Origin: Octopus bimaculoides
Lineage: Eukaryota
Assembly: GCF_001194135.2 (NCBI RefSeq)
Contig: NC_069005.1
Span: 30,863,922 to 30,927,921 of the forward strand
Direction of reading: 5' to 3'
Length of the DNA: 64,000 bases
Within the stretch, counting starts at the first letter, position 1, and every line of letters starts with the position of its first letter. Shown in pieces: positions 1 to 12,599 of the stretch. The translations under genes and the position numbers were made by a program. The notes below the pieces were generated by a model. It saw only the letters and a program-made list of their open reading frames with translations, ran no database searches and was not told the DNA's origin.

Positions 1-1097
1 CGTGTGTGTGTGTGTATATATATGCACACATACACATACATATATATGTATATGTATATACATACATATATACATGTATTGTATATACATACATATCATT
101 GCTATCCGGTAGCCTCACCTCTATATACCCAGGTTTTCACCACTCACCTCCCCTCCCCACTCTCTAATCACGCTTCTTTGACAATATCCTGTCACTTATA
201 TTATGACCTTCGAACCCCTAAGGGTATGCTCTGGTACTTGCCACCATCTATATCTCTCTCTGCTTTTACTCGACCATCCCATTTATATTCTGATCCCCGC
301 CCCTTGTGAGTATGCCCGGCACCTTGCCACCATCTCACCCACTCTCTCTCTCCTCCTCCTGCACTTCTATCGGGTTGGGTAACCATGTATCTCCTTTGCG
401 GTAGCACACCTGTTTCTGTCTTCATTCCTGATCTGTCTGTCTGGAGGTAGAAATATTGCGGAAAAACATGAAATTCTTCAAGCAGGCACGTGTCTTATGT
501 GAAATCTGTGATGAACCCAAGTGACGCTGATGACCTGGAGTCGCCACTGATGTGTGTGTGTGTGTGTACATACACTTCTTTGTCACTACTCAGTACATTG
601 AATCAGTTATTGGAATCATGTCTTTGTAAAGACCTTGACACTGTCAAAGTTCGTGTGAAACTGTTTCACTCCACGTGACACAAGAACAATGTGGAGTGAG
701 AAATAAGGAAAGGGGCGACGGGAAGAAAGAAAAAAGGATAATATGGTAGAATGAAAGAAAGAGGTGGAGAAAAAAAGTTGAGAGAGAGAAAGGGAGGAAA
801 AGAAAAGAAAGAAAGAGAAAACAGGGGATGGTGTTAATTTTTTAAAAGCCTTTTTCCCAGTGCTCTATAATCAAAACATATTCACACTAAAATGACACGA
901 CATTATTCACGTTAAGTTACTTGTGAAATAAATAAATTTTTTCTCACATATAAAATCTTCATTTTTCTTATTTTTATCATGTTAAACATCGACAAACGAT
1001 TCCTCTGAAGTCCTACTAACCATATACTTGTTGCACTAACCAGAATGATTGACCCTGTAGTTAAATATTATCAGCTGCTAATTACCTTCTCAAAGTG

Positions 1098-1112
1098 GTT
1101 TCCCTTGGTTAC
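1098..1112 (-). promoter_or_regulatory. RFX X-box-like motif upstream of DYNC2LI1
   Basis: + strand GTTTCCCTTGGTTAC; - strand GTAACC-AAG-GGAAAC fits GTNRCC-N(0-3)-RGYAAC with the common GGAAAC half-site variant. It lies 118-132 bp upstream of the ATG, the typical position for ciliary genes. Confidence 0.6.
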
Positions 1113-1229
1113 CAACAACCGCTTGGACGAAGTTTTTGCAAACTTTATTCCCGAAGTTTATATTCATCGTCGTTTCTGTGCTATGAATTAATTTATAGAG
1201 GTGTGTTCTGTAAACGTTAACGTAACGTC

Positions 1230-1240
1230 ATGCCAGCCGG
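1230..1240 (+). CDS. DYNC2LI1: DYNC2LI1 first coding exon (ATG CCA GCC GG; M-P-A-G)
   Basis: gtcATGccagccgg|GTGAGT; phase 2 matches the next exon; CpG-richer promoter-like context; the vertebrate orthologue also starts with a tiny MP.. exon (recalled). Confidence 0.75.
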
Positions 1241-1571
1241 GTGAGTGGTTGTGCTTGTTATTCCCTTCCTTGACTTTATATATCTTCTATTTAAAACCGC
1301 CGAAACCAGCCATACAACTAGTTATTGTGTGTGTGTGTACACAAACATATAATGTCTGTTGTAAGCAATCGGGGTGTTCAACCAATATTTATGTATGTTT
1401 ATATGCGCACACACGCACACAGATTGATTGATAGATAACGTTACACGACATCCACGTTTGAGTGTGTTAAATTATAAGGCACAAAAAGAGAATGACTCTC
1501 TCCAGACACAACAGAATATGCTCCAACACACGATCTCATATAAAGAATCTTGAAAACCAAATCCCAAAACG

Positions 1572-1615
<44 letters not shown>

Positions 1616-1962
1616 ACTTACACATGCATATAATAAACAAAATACATATACTATATACACGTATAAAACAACACACACGCTTAACTAGGAGGAATTTGAC
1701 AGTGTCGGTCATCAAGTTATACATTTTTGTATATGCCTATGTATACAATGTATGTGTGTATTATAAATGCAAATTGGGATCTTTTTTAAAACGGGGGCCA
1801 CATTTTTCATTAATGTTTTACGTAGTGTTTTTGGTACCGAAAGACTTTCAAACTTCGTATACTTATCTATTTTGTGTGAAATGGCGATTCCTTTTTAATA
1901 ATTGAAACATCTCTTGTCGAAATCCTGACTGTGCCGTTGGCACACATATAAACCCCATATAA

Positions 1963-2310
1963 TGGCTCAGTGGTTAGAGTGTCGGGCTCACAGTCAGTGA
2001 GTTCGATTCCCGGACTGAACTGTGTGTTGTGTTCTTGAGCAAGACACTTTATTCCACATTGCTCCAGTTCACTCAACTGTAGAAATGAGTTGTGGCGTCA
2101 CAGGTGCCAAGCTGTATCGGCCCCTTTGCCTTTCCCTTGGATAACATCGGTGGCGTGGAGAGGGGACGCTCGTATGCATGGGTGACTGTTGGTCTTCCAT
2201 AAGCAACTTTGCCTGGATTTATGCCTTGGAGGGGAACTTCCTAGGTGCAATCCCATGATCACTCATGACCAAAAGGGGGCCTTCACCCTTTACCCTACAC
2301 ACACACACAC
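1963..2310 (+). mobile_element. tRNA-derived SINE (head TGGCTCAGTGGTTAG..GAGTTCGATTCC, core gtgttcttgagcaagacact)
   Basis: Pol III A/B boxes followed by a core segment; related partial copies on the - strand at about 12900-13075 and 34480-34680. Confidence 0.7.
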
Positions 2311-2388
2311 ACATACACAAAGGTTTGCGTATGTAAAGATGCAATATAATTTGTGTTGTTTTTTTTTTTCTTCTCTCCATTCCTACAG

Positions 2389-2441
2389 ACCTGGGCAGAT
2401 TATATGGGATGTTGCTATTGAACTGGCAGACCAGAAGACAG
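2389..2441 (+). CDS. DYNC2LI1: DYNC2LI1 exon (53 bp; PGQIIWDVAIELADQKT)
   Basis: Polypyrimidine tract ttctctccattcctacAG acceptor and g|GTAAGT donor; resembles N-terminal TLWEIA of orthologues. Confidence 0.85.
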
Positions 2442-2789
2442 GTAAGTCGCTATATCGAGATACAGGTAAACATGATAGAAGCATAGTGTCTTGAATGTAA
2501 TGTGAATCTCCCCTCGGCCCCATGGAGGCCTTTAGAGCTGCCAGTGCCCAACTTAGGTTTCATGGTTTGAGGCAGCAAATGAGATGTATATCTCCTGGAT
2601 GGGAAGCTGGGTGTTTTGTTGAACCAGCAACCTTTGAAACCTGATCAAAATGATGAAATAGGGGTTGCACAAACCATCGAGAGTGAACCACTATGTGGTT
2701 GTTCCACCTGCTAGAAAAAGCAGCCACATTTCCCTCCAATAAGACTTCCTAGCACTTTCAAATGTTTCCATATGGAAAAGTGTTTTCAA

Positions 2790-2972
2790 CATTACAAAGC
2801 AAACCCTCTGATGGATACCTCAAGGGAAATGGAAGCATGGCAGACCAAAAAAGCAACACAGAAACTGAATGACTAGTAGGTGGTTATACTTGGGGCCAAC
2901 TACAGTCCATTGCCAAAGATCAAGACAGATGAGGGTTCTGTTGGTAATTCCATATGGAATTAAAGGATTAAG
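2790..2972 (+). mobile_element. RTE-clade LINE 3' remnant
   Basis: Translates with frameshifts/stops to WIPQGKWKHGRPK..TWGQLQSIAKDQDR*, matching the RTE ORF2 C-terminal WxPxGKRxxGRP..TWxxLxxxAxDRxxW pattern. Confidence 0.6.
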
Positions 2973-5254
2973 AAAAGGAAGAATATTTTCCCGTGATCTG
3001 TCTGTTACCAGCTCTTCTTAATGGCACAGCAATAAGCTGATGCAGCACAGAAAATAGTGTTCTGACCAGAAATACCATGTTATGCTTTGAAGTAGATGTG
3101 AATCCATGATTTATGAGTTGATATTTCCATGCATTATCCATGTGACCATTTGTCTCGACAGTGGCATGAATGGTTAAAGTGCAGACAACAGGTTAATCAT
3201 TTTGTTACCATATTTCTGTTTAAAAACACTGCTTTTGTTTTAATTAATTTTGAAAATAATGTAAAATTTAATTACATGATTTTAGCCAACAGACAGAACT
3301 GTTAGTGTGTTGAACAAAAAGCTTAGCGCCATTTCTACTAGCTTTTTTACTTTCCTGCCAAGGTTAAATCTGCTTTTTGTCTTTCTGGAGGTCAATAAAA
3401 TAAAGTAGCTGTCAAGTATTAAGGGTCAATGCAATCAACTCTCCCCTCTCCCTAAAGCTGCTGGCTGAGTATCAAGACTGGGAATAATTATTAATCTCAT
3501 GTTTGGAGAATAGAATAACAGGGAGTTTTGTGAAAGGTTTTCGTTTAGACCCCTTCAAAACAGGAAATTTTTATCATGGAAGCAGGAGTGGTTTCAGATA
3601 AGTTGATTCTAAAACAATAGAATATGATTCAAAGACATTCCAGCCATGACCCTGCTGTCCTTTTATGGGTGTACAAGAGATTAGTTTAGCGAACATTTTC
3701 TTTCTCACTAATTTCAAATTGGCAGGGTGTGAATTGAGGGAGATTTGGCTGCTATATCTAGTCAGTCAAACACTCTTCTAAGGACTCATTCATATGATAG
3801 TAGTCATAGTGATGGTAATAATTGTTTCATTTCTAGTGATGATGATGCTGATGGTAATGATGATTAAGATGATGATGGTTGTAATATAAGTAGTAGTAGT
3901 AGTAACAGATATGTCTATAATTCCCCTCAAACTGTTATATCTGTTCCAGTTGGTCCCCAGGTGGAGAAAGAGTCAACCATTCTCATCACCGGAGCAAAAG
4001 AATGTGTAAGTCTACAATATTTAATAATCATCTGCGTTGTTTGAACTTTTTTCATTCTTTTCATACACACACACACTCATACACACACATATATGCATTG
4101 GGCCTCGTGCAGGCAATGACTGAGAACTTTAGCAATATGCTGCGTTTGAGTAGAAGACCCATCAAGCCAAGCAAAATTGTAGTCGTAGCAGATACTGGTG
4201 TTGTGCAAGTGGCACCTGTGCCGGTGGCTTGTAAAAGCACCCATTACACTCTCGGAGTGTTTGGTGTTAGAAAGAGCATCCAGCCGCAGAAACCATGCTA
4301 AATCTGACTGGAGTCTGATGCAGCCCCTCAGCTTGCCAGTTCTAGTGAAACCACCTAACCCATGCCAGCATGTACAACAGATGTTAAATGATGAGGATGA
4401 GTTTTATATATACAACATATATACAAATATATATCAATAAGCATCTATGTATGTGCGTGTATGCGTCAGATTGAAGACATTTGAAAGGATACACTGAATG
4501 TAATTTGTAGAACTCTACACGTGCTCCCTTTCGGGTGAACGTTCTGTGTCTAGTTCTGGAAATTATATTTTATAAATCGACAGACTACGCTGATGATCCT
4601 GCAGATATTTACCTATGTAAATATTAACAGGTTTAAACCATGGTACGTAGGTTAATCGTTTTTTTTATTTAGTATTTTTTCATTTGTCTTACCCTTTTAC
4701 AGTCTGTTGTCTCTCTGAAATTTTCACTGAGAACATATTCTTCGTGGTTGGATGATTCGGCATCTATTTCTAGCATATAGGAGTCCACTTTTGCTGGTCA
4801 TTCCTCTTATTTTTGTGTATATATATATATAAGCTTACAGCTTATAAGCTATCACTGTGAATTGACTAAAGAAAATAGTCTAATATTGGGGCATATAAAC
4901 CTTGATGAATAAAACTGGGTTTTCTATCCACATGGGACTGAAACCCACACTTCTATGTTTTTGCAACATGTGAGAACCCCTGGACTGTCATAAATTTACC
5001 ATCCCCCCAATCCAGCCCTCTGCCTTTCAAATATAAAAAACAAACAACTCAACTAACACCCTCCTCCTCTACTCCACTCTGATATACACCATTGTTTCAT
5101 TTGATAGCATAAATATCTCATGGAATGCTGGTGTATCTGTTGATTGCCTCCATTCCAGTGTATTCCTGGCATTTACTGTACCAATTATATCATATGAAAT
5201 ATTATTCTTAACAAAACCTTTTTCTATAAATATTTAAATTCTTTTTTGTTGCAG

Positions 5255-5289
5255 GGGAAGTCGTCCATCTTGCCAATGTATCTAAATCA
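5255..5289 (+). CDS. DYNC2LI1: DYNC2LI1 exon (35 bp; GEVVHLANVSKS)
   Basis: cttttttgttgcAG acceptor, ca|GTGAGT donor; phase 1 to 0, compatible with both neighbours. Confidence 0.75.
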
Positions 5290-5344
5290 GTGAGTTTTTG
5301 TAGACTTTTATTTTTATTATTATTATTGTTGTTGTTGTTGTTAG

Positions 5345-5358
5345 CGAGGCGAAAGACA
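5345..5358 (+). CDS. DYNC2LI1: DYNC2LI1 exon start truncated by gap (RGER..)
   Basis: ttgttgttAG|cga ggc gaa aga ca then N; phase 0; corresponds to the xEK motif preceding the P-loop-like segment. Confidence 0.55.
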
Positions 5359-6273
5359 NNNNNNNNNNNNNNNNNNNNNNNNNNNNNNNNNNNNNNNNNN
5401 NNNNNNNNNNNNNNNNNNNNNNNNNNNNNNNNNNNNNNNNNNNNNNNNNNNNNNNNNNNNNNNNNNNNNNNNNNNNNNNNNNNNNNNNNNNNNNNNNNNN
5501 NNNNNNNNNNNNNNNNNNNNNNNNNNNNNNNNNNNNNNNNNNNNNNNNNNNNNNNNNNNNNNNNNNNNNNNNNNNNNNNNNNNNNNNNNNNNNNNNNNNN
5601 NNNNNNNNNNNNNNNNNNNNNNNNNNNNNNNNNNNNNNNNNNNNNNNNNNNNNNNNNNNNNNNNNNNNNNNNNNNNNNNNNNNNNNNNNNNNNNNNNNNN
5701 NNNNNNNNNNNNNNNNNNNNNNNNNNNNNNNNNNNNNNNNNNNNNNNNNNNNNNNNNNNNNNNNNNNNNNNNNNNNNNNNNNNNNNNNNNNNNNNNNNNN
5801 NNNNNNNNNNNNNNNNNNNNNNNNNNNNNNNNNNNNNNNNNNNNNNNNNNNNNNNNNNNNNNNNNNNNNNNNNNNNNNNNNNNNNNNNNNNNNNNNNNNN
5901 NNNNNNNNNNNNNNNNNNNNNNNNNNNNNNNNNNNNNNNNNNNNNNNNNNNNNNNNNNNNNNNNNNNNNNNNNNNNNNNNNNNNNNNNNNNNNNNNNNNN
6001 NNNNNNNNNNNNNNNNNNNNNNNNNNNNNNNNNNNNNNNNNNNNNNNNNNNNNNNNNNNNNNNNNNNNNNNNNNNGAGAAAAAAAGAATAAAAAATTAAA
6101 TTTTAAATGAAACTCTTAGCAGTTATTTCGTCATTATTGTTTTAACGTCCACTTTTCCATGCCTGCATGGGTCAGACGGAATTCTTTGAGGAGAATTATC
6201 TCTTAAATTAACTCGATAGTTTTATTAAATATATTTGTCACTCCACCTCTTCACTTTTGATTTATGTTTACAG

Positions 6274-6343
6274 AGAAGAGTTGCCGAAACCCACTGTGGC
6301 TCTTGACTATGCATTTGCCCATGTTGGAGCAACAAATAAAATG
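6274..6343 (+). CDS. DYNC2LI1: DYNC2LI1 exon (70 bp; EELPKPTVALDYAFAHVGATNKM)
   Basis: tttatgtttacAG acceptor, atg|GTAAGT donor; PKPTxALxY motif. Confidence 0.93.
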
Positions 6344-6609
6344 GTAAGTAGTTTGTCTTTCTTACATTCACCCTTGCTTCTCCTTCTAGTTGTTATTATC
6401 ATTAACTTTAATGATGATGATGATGATGATAATAATGGCTTCAAATTTTGGCACAGGGCCAGCAGTTTCATAAGCGCTGATGCATGAAACACTCAGCCCT
6501 TGAGTCACTCTGTTATTTCTGGCAAATATTGAAACTACACACACACACACACACACACATTCATATACTCATGTTTTGAGTTCTATTTTCGCTGTTTGCA
6601 TCACCAAAC

Positions 6610-6640
<31 letters not shown>

Positions 6641-6684
6641 ACTGTGTATAGGCATCTATATATATATATGTATTTATGCATATA

Positions 6685-6729
<45 letters not shown>

Positions 6730-7001
6730 CTGATCCTCTTGTATTTTCTTCTGTCCAAAGCCAGGAACTTTTCAGTACCACCCCCCTTGTATATATATAT
6801 CCCTTGTCATCCCCTCCGTGAGGCCCAACGTCTGAAGATCCTTCTTCACCACTTTGTCCCATATCTTCCTGGGTCTATCCCTACCACATGTTCCCTCTAC
6901 AGTTAAAGATTGGCACTTCTTCATGCAGGTATGTGTGTGTGTGTGTGTGTTTGTACGTATATGTATATATGTATGTGTTTATATATATATATATGCGTGT
7001 T

Positions 7002-7038
<37 letters not shown>

Positions 7039-7357
7039 ATATATATATGTTTGTAAATATCTTTGTATATATGTATATGTGTGTGTATGTATATATATGT
7101 ATATTTATGAGTGTGTGTGTGTATATATATATATATATGTATGCATATTTACGTACCTGTATATATTTATATATGTGTGTGTATGTATGTATGTAAATAT
7201 TTTTATGTGTGTATATGTGTGTGTGTGTGTGATGTATGTATTTATATTTATATGAGTGTGTGTGTGTGTGTATGTGTTTATGTATGTGTGTGTGTGAGTA
7301 TGTATATATGTATGTATATTTTTATGCAGTTTCATACATGGTGGTGTTGTGTTTCAG

Positions 7358-7446
7358 GTGAAAGACATTGGTCACTACTGGGAATTAGGCGGTGGAATCT
7401 GGTTGGTTCAACTGATGGAGGTTGTTATTAAACCAGAGACTATACA
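7358..7446 (+). CDS. DYNC2LI1: DYNC2LI1 exon (89 bp; VKDIGHYWELGGGIWLVQLMEVVIKPETI)
   Basis: gtgtttcAG acceptor, ca|GTAAGT donor; diagnostic WELGGG motif. Confidence 0.95.
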
Positions 7447-7754
7447 GTAAGTTTTTTTCTTTAGCAGTCATCATTACCATCATCATCACTATCATCATTA
7501 TTATTGTCATCATCAATATCACCATCATCATCAACATCACCACCACCATTACCATCATGATCATCATCACTCTGGAAGAAATTAGCTGAGGTCAAATCTG
7601 GAAAGTAATGGGCTCCACCAGGTCTAGAAAAGCTGCTGAAGATGTGCCATATGTCATCACAATGCCCCTTTGTGCCTTTCAGGTGTTGAGGGGTCATGGC
7701 ACAGCATAGATTCTTTTTTAGCCAGCTCTGCATGTATATATATGTATATATATG

Positions 7755-7802
<48 letters not shown>

Positions 7803-8011
7803 AGTGAATGTAAACACCTCATCTGTATACAAAGATTACATATATGTGTTATATGTATATATACATATATATGTATGTATATATAGATATGTATGCATAT
7901 CTATGTGTAAATATATATGTATATATATGAATGTATATATATATATTTGTGTATGTATATGTATATATATGTATGTATATGTATATATGTATGTATATGT
8001 ATATATGTGTA

Positions 8012-8043
<32 letters not shown>

Positions 8044-8984
8044 GTATGTATATATATATATANNNNNNNNNNNNNNNNNNNNNNNNNNNNNNNNNNNNNN
8101 NNNNNNNNNNNNNNNNNNNNNNNNNNNNNNNNNNNNNNNNNNNNNNNNNNNNNNNNNNNNNNNNNNNNNNNNNNNNNNNNNNNNNNNNNNNNNNNNNNNN
8201 NNNNNNNNNNNNNNNNNNNNNNNNNNNNNNNNNNNNNNNNNNNNNNNNNNNNNNNNNNNNNNNNNNNNNNNNNNNNNNNNNNNNNNNNNNNNNNNNNNNN
8301 NNNNNNNNNNNNNNNNNNNNNNNNNNNNNNNNNNNNNNNNNNNNNNNNNNNNNNNNNNNNNNNNNNNNNNNNNNNNNNNNNNNNNNNNNNNNNNNNNNNN
8401 NNNNNNNNNNNNNNNNNNNNNNNNNNNNNNNNNNNNNNNNNNNNNNNNNNNNNNNNNNNNNNNNNNNNNNNNNNNNNNNNNNNNNNNNNNNNNNNNNNNN
8501 NNNNNNNNNNNNNNNNNNNNNNNNNNNNNNNNNNNNNNNNNNNNNNNNNNNNNNNNNNNNNNNNNNNNNNNNNNNNNNNNNNNNNNNNNNNNNNNNNNNN
8601 NNNNNNNNNNNNNNNNNNNNNNNNNNNNNNNNNNNNNNNNNNNNNNNNNNNNNNNNNNNNNNNNNNNNNNNNNNNNNNNNNNNNNNNNNNNNNNNNNNNN
8701 NNNNNNNNNNNNNNNNNNNNNNNNNNNNNNNNNNNNNNNNNNNNNNNNNNNNNNNNNNNNNNNNNNNNNNNNNNNNNNNNNNNNNNNNNNNNNNNNNNNN
8801 NNNTATTTCAATTGTTTTTTGGGTTTTTTTCTAAAGCATCTTGCTTTCCAACCACAGGGTTCTGGGTTCAGTCCCACTGCATGACACTTTGGGCAAGTGT
8901 CTTCCACTATAGCCTCCGACTGACCAAAGCTTTGTGAGTGGATTTGGTAGGTGGAAACTGAAAGAAGCCCATTATATGTGTGTG

Positions 8985-9025
<41 letters not shown>

Positions 9026-9468
9026 TAATTTTTTGTATAATTATATATTGTTAATATAACAATACATAAAAACGGGCTAGAATTGAAGTGCTCAGCATGA
9101 GCTAGAATTCAAATTATGGTAAGAATGGATACATAAGGGTGGTTGCCGATGATGAGTGGCGGCCTGAAAGTTTTTAGAGATAAAATTCTTGAAGGTCGTG
9201 TGTTAATTGAAGCAGCTGGAGATACAATAGTTTGACCATGTCTGGCCATGGGGAAACATTCCCTTGCTTGGAAGCATGTGAGGGTTGGCAACAAAAGGAG
9301 CATCTGTCTTTAGAAAACTTGCCTCAGTAAGCTCCTTCTGACTCATGCAAGCATTGGAAAGTGGATGTTAAAAAGATGAGGATTATGTAATGCTCTGAGA
9401 GCTAATAACCAGTAACAGGGAGTTTATTCCATGCTATGAAAACTGCAGACCTGAAAACAATGTTAAGC

Positions 9469-10818
9469 TTAACACTTTAGCATTTAAACTGGCCAAATCT
9501 GACTCAAATATTCTACGTTTTACCTCCATATTGACCATATCTAACCTCTCACACCTAACCTACACTAACATCCTAAAAATAAGTAATCACATCAACAAAA
9601 TCTCAAAGTTATAAGATAATGTGTGATTAATTCAAAATAGTTTTGAATAAAAAAGTTTTAGATTGGACAGTGTAATCTCAGTGCAGCCTTTAAACCAACC
9701 GTATCCAACCCAAAATATTCTACATGTTTTACATTCAAAGTGGCCATATCAAGCCTCTCACACCTGTCCTGCACTGACATTCTAAACATAAGTAATCACA
9801 TCATCGAAACCTCAAAGCTACAAGATAATCCATGATTAATTCAAAACAATTTGAATAAACAAGCATTACATTTGACAAAATAATCTGAAACTGGCCATAT
9901 CGAGCCTCTCACACCTACCAGGCACTGACATTCTAAAAATAAAAAATCACATTGTCAAAATCTCAAATCGACAAGATAATCCATGATTAATTCAAAACAA
10001 TTTGAAGNNNNNNNNNNNNNNNNNNNNNNNNNNNNNNNNNNNNNNNNNNNNNNNNNNNNNNNNNNNNNNNNNNNNNNNNNNNNNNNNNNNNNNNNNNNNN
10101 NNNNNNNNNNNNNNNNNNNNNNNNNNNNNNNNNNNNNNNNNNNNNNNNNNNNNNNNNNNNNNNNNNNNNNNNNNNNNNNNNNNNNNNNNNNNNNNNNNNN
10201 NNNNNNNNNNNNNNNNNNNNNNNNNNNNNNNNNNNNNNNNNNNNNNNNNNNNNNNNNNNNNNNNNNNNNNNNNNNNNNNNNNNNNNNNNNNNNNNNNNNN
10301 NNNNNNNNNNNNNNNNNNNNNNNNNNNNNNNNNNNNNNNNNNNNNNNNNNNNNNNNNNNNNNNNNNNNNNNNNNNNNNNNNNNNNNNNNNNNNNNNNNNN
10401 NNNNNNNNNNNNNNNNNNNNNNNNNNNTACAAGATAATCCATGATTAATTCAAAACAATTTGAATAAACAAGCATTACATTTGACAAAATAATCTGAAAC
10501 TGGCCATATCGAGCCTCTCACACCTACCAGGCACTGACATTCTAAAAATAAAAAATCACATTGTCAAAATCTCAAATCGACAAGATAATCCATGATTAAT
10601 TCAAAACAATTTGAAGAAAAATGCATTACATTTGGCAGAATAATCTGGCTGCTTAATCCTTTAGCATTTGAACCAGTCATAGCCAGCCCAGACATTCTAC
10701 AAGTTTTACATTCAAACTGGCCATATAAAGCCCCTCACAGCTACCCTGCACTGACATGCTAAACATAAACAACCACATGATTACATTTGACAGAGTAACC
10801 TGAATGCTAAAGGGTTAA
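9469..10818. mobile_element. Tandem array of TTAA-flanked piggyBac-type MITE units (interrupted by a gap)
   Basis: Starts TTAAcactttagcatt and ends aatgctaaagggTTAA; repeated internal units (aatcacat..tctcaaa..caagataat.catgattaattcaaaac..cattacatttgaca); complete short unit at 10653-10818. Confidence 0.65.
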
Positions 10819-10836
10819 AGTGATTTTATTTTTCAG

Positions 10837-10905
10837 GACCGCGATATAGTGGAGCCTTTTCTGATCCCTTTGGTAATCATTGGAGGCAAATATGACATTT
10901 TCCAG
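10837..10905 (+). CDS. DYNC2LI1: DYNC2LI1 exon (69 bp; DRDIVEPFLIPLVIIGGKYDIFQ)
   Basis: ttatttttcAG acceptor, cag|GTAAGA donor; PLVIIGxKYD motif. Confidence 0.95.
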
Positions 10906-11798
10906 GTAAGAAAGATCAATCCATTAGTTTCAAAGACTCCAGACTATTGTTGTTGTTGTTGTTAGTGGTGGTAGTAGCTGTAGTGGTGGTTGTATGAAGT
11001 GTGATGTTCATGTCGGCTATTTGTGGTAGTAGTAGTAGTAGTAGTGGTAGTAGTAACGCTGGTGGTGGTTTGAATGTTAGTGGAAATAATAGTGTATTGG
11101 TGATTGTAGTGTTGGTGGTTGTGGTGGTGGTGGTGGTGGTGGTGGTTGGAGCTGCATCGTTGCTGTTTCTTGAAAGAATTTTTCTGAGAAGAATTAAAAA
11201 AAGAAGGAAAGAAAATACTAGAAATATTTCTTTAACTCGGAAGATTTGAAANNNNNNNNNNNNNNNNNNNNNNNNNNNNNNNNNNNNNNNNNNNNNNNNN
11301 NNNNNNNNNNNNNNNNNNNNNNNNNNNNNNNNNNNNNNNNNNNNNNNNNNNNNNNNNNNNNNNNNNNNNNNNNNNNNNNNNNNNNNNNNNNNNNNNNNNN
11401 NNNNNNNNNNNNNNNNNNNNNNNNNNNNNNNNNNNNNNNNNNNNNNNNNNNNNNNNNNNNNNNNNNNNNNNNNNNNNNNNNNNNNNNNNNNNNNNNNNNN
11501 NNNNNNNNNNNNNNNNNNNNNNNNNNNNNNNNNNNNNNNNNNNNNNNNNNNNNNNNNNNNNNNNNNNNNNNNNNNNNNNNNNNNNNNNNNNNNNNNNNNN
11601 NNNNNNNNNNNNNNNNNNNNNNNNNNNNNNNNNNNNNNNNNNNNNNNNNNNNNNNNNNNNNNNNNNNNNNNNNNNNNNNNNNNNNNNNNNNNNNNNNNNN
11701 NNNNNNNNNNNNNNNNNNNNNNNNNNNNNNNNNNNNNNNNNNNNNNNNNNNNNNNNNNNNNNNNNNNNNNNNNNNNNTATAATATATATTTTTATTTA

Positions 11799-11837
<39 letters not shown>

Positions 11838-12023
11838 GTATATATACACCTCCGTATATATTTAGGGGTGTGTGTGTATGTGTGCATATTCATACATATG
11901 CATACATGTGTGTGGTTGTTTGTAGAAACATGTGTCTGCATGTACACACACACACACATCAAAAGACAAAGTAGCGAACAATTTCAAGTAAATGAGAAAC
12001 ATTATCAAAATCAATAAATTATC

Positions 12024-12065
<42 letters not shown>

Positions 12066-12094
12066 GATGATCATGACTGTTTCCTCCTCCCACC

Positions 12095-12126
<32 letters not shown>

Positions 12127-12599
12127 TATCATTATTATTACGATATCCATCTCCACCACCGCCATCATCATCATCATCATCAGCATTTTCAAAACAGAAT
12201 TAACAGGAAATAGGTTAGAGTGAGTTTTGTTTTAAACATTTCTTTTTTTATACAGGAAACTGAAATATTAAAAAAAAATAAATAAATAAATAAAAGGTAA
12301 GGCATAGGGTGTGTGTGTGTGTGTGTGTGTTGGAGTCTGTGTGTATGAATGTCAAGTGTGTATATGAACGTGTGTGTGTGAAGTTGCATGTATGTACATG
12401 TGTGTATATATGTATGTAGGTGTGTATGCATGTGTGTGTGTATGTATGTAACAAGTGTGTGTTTTGACTGTGCGATAGATGTATATACACCTGATGATGG
12501 TACTGACGTGTATGCACACTGTGCATGTATCTCTGCACACACATACACACACCTATATGCATGTATATATATAGATATATATATATAAACATTGTTGTG

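Noticed and set aside
4575-4610. DYADD reverse-transcriptase-like motif
   Set aside because: Isolated five-residue match without convincing flanking RT similarity
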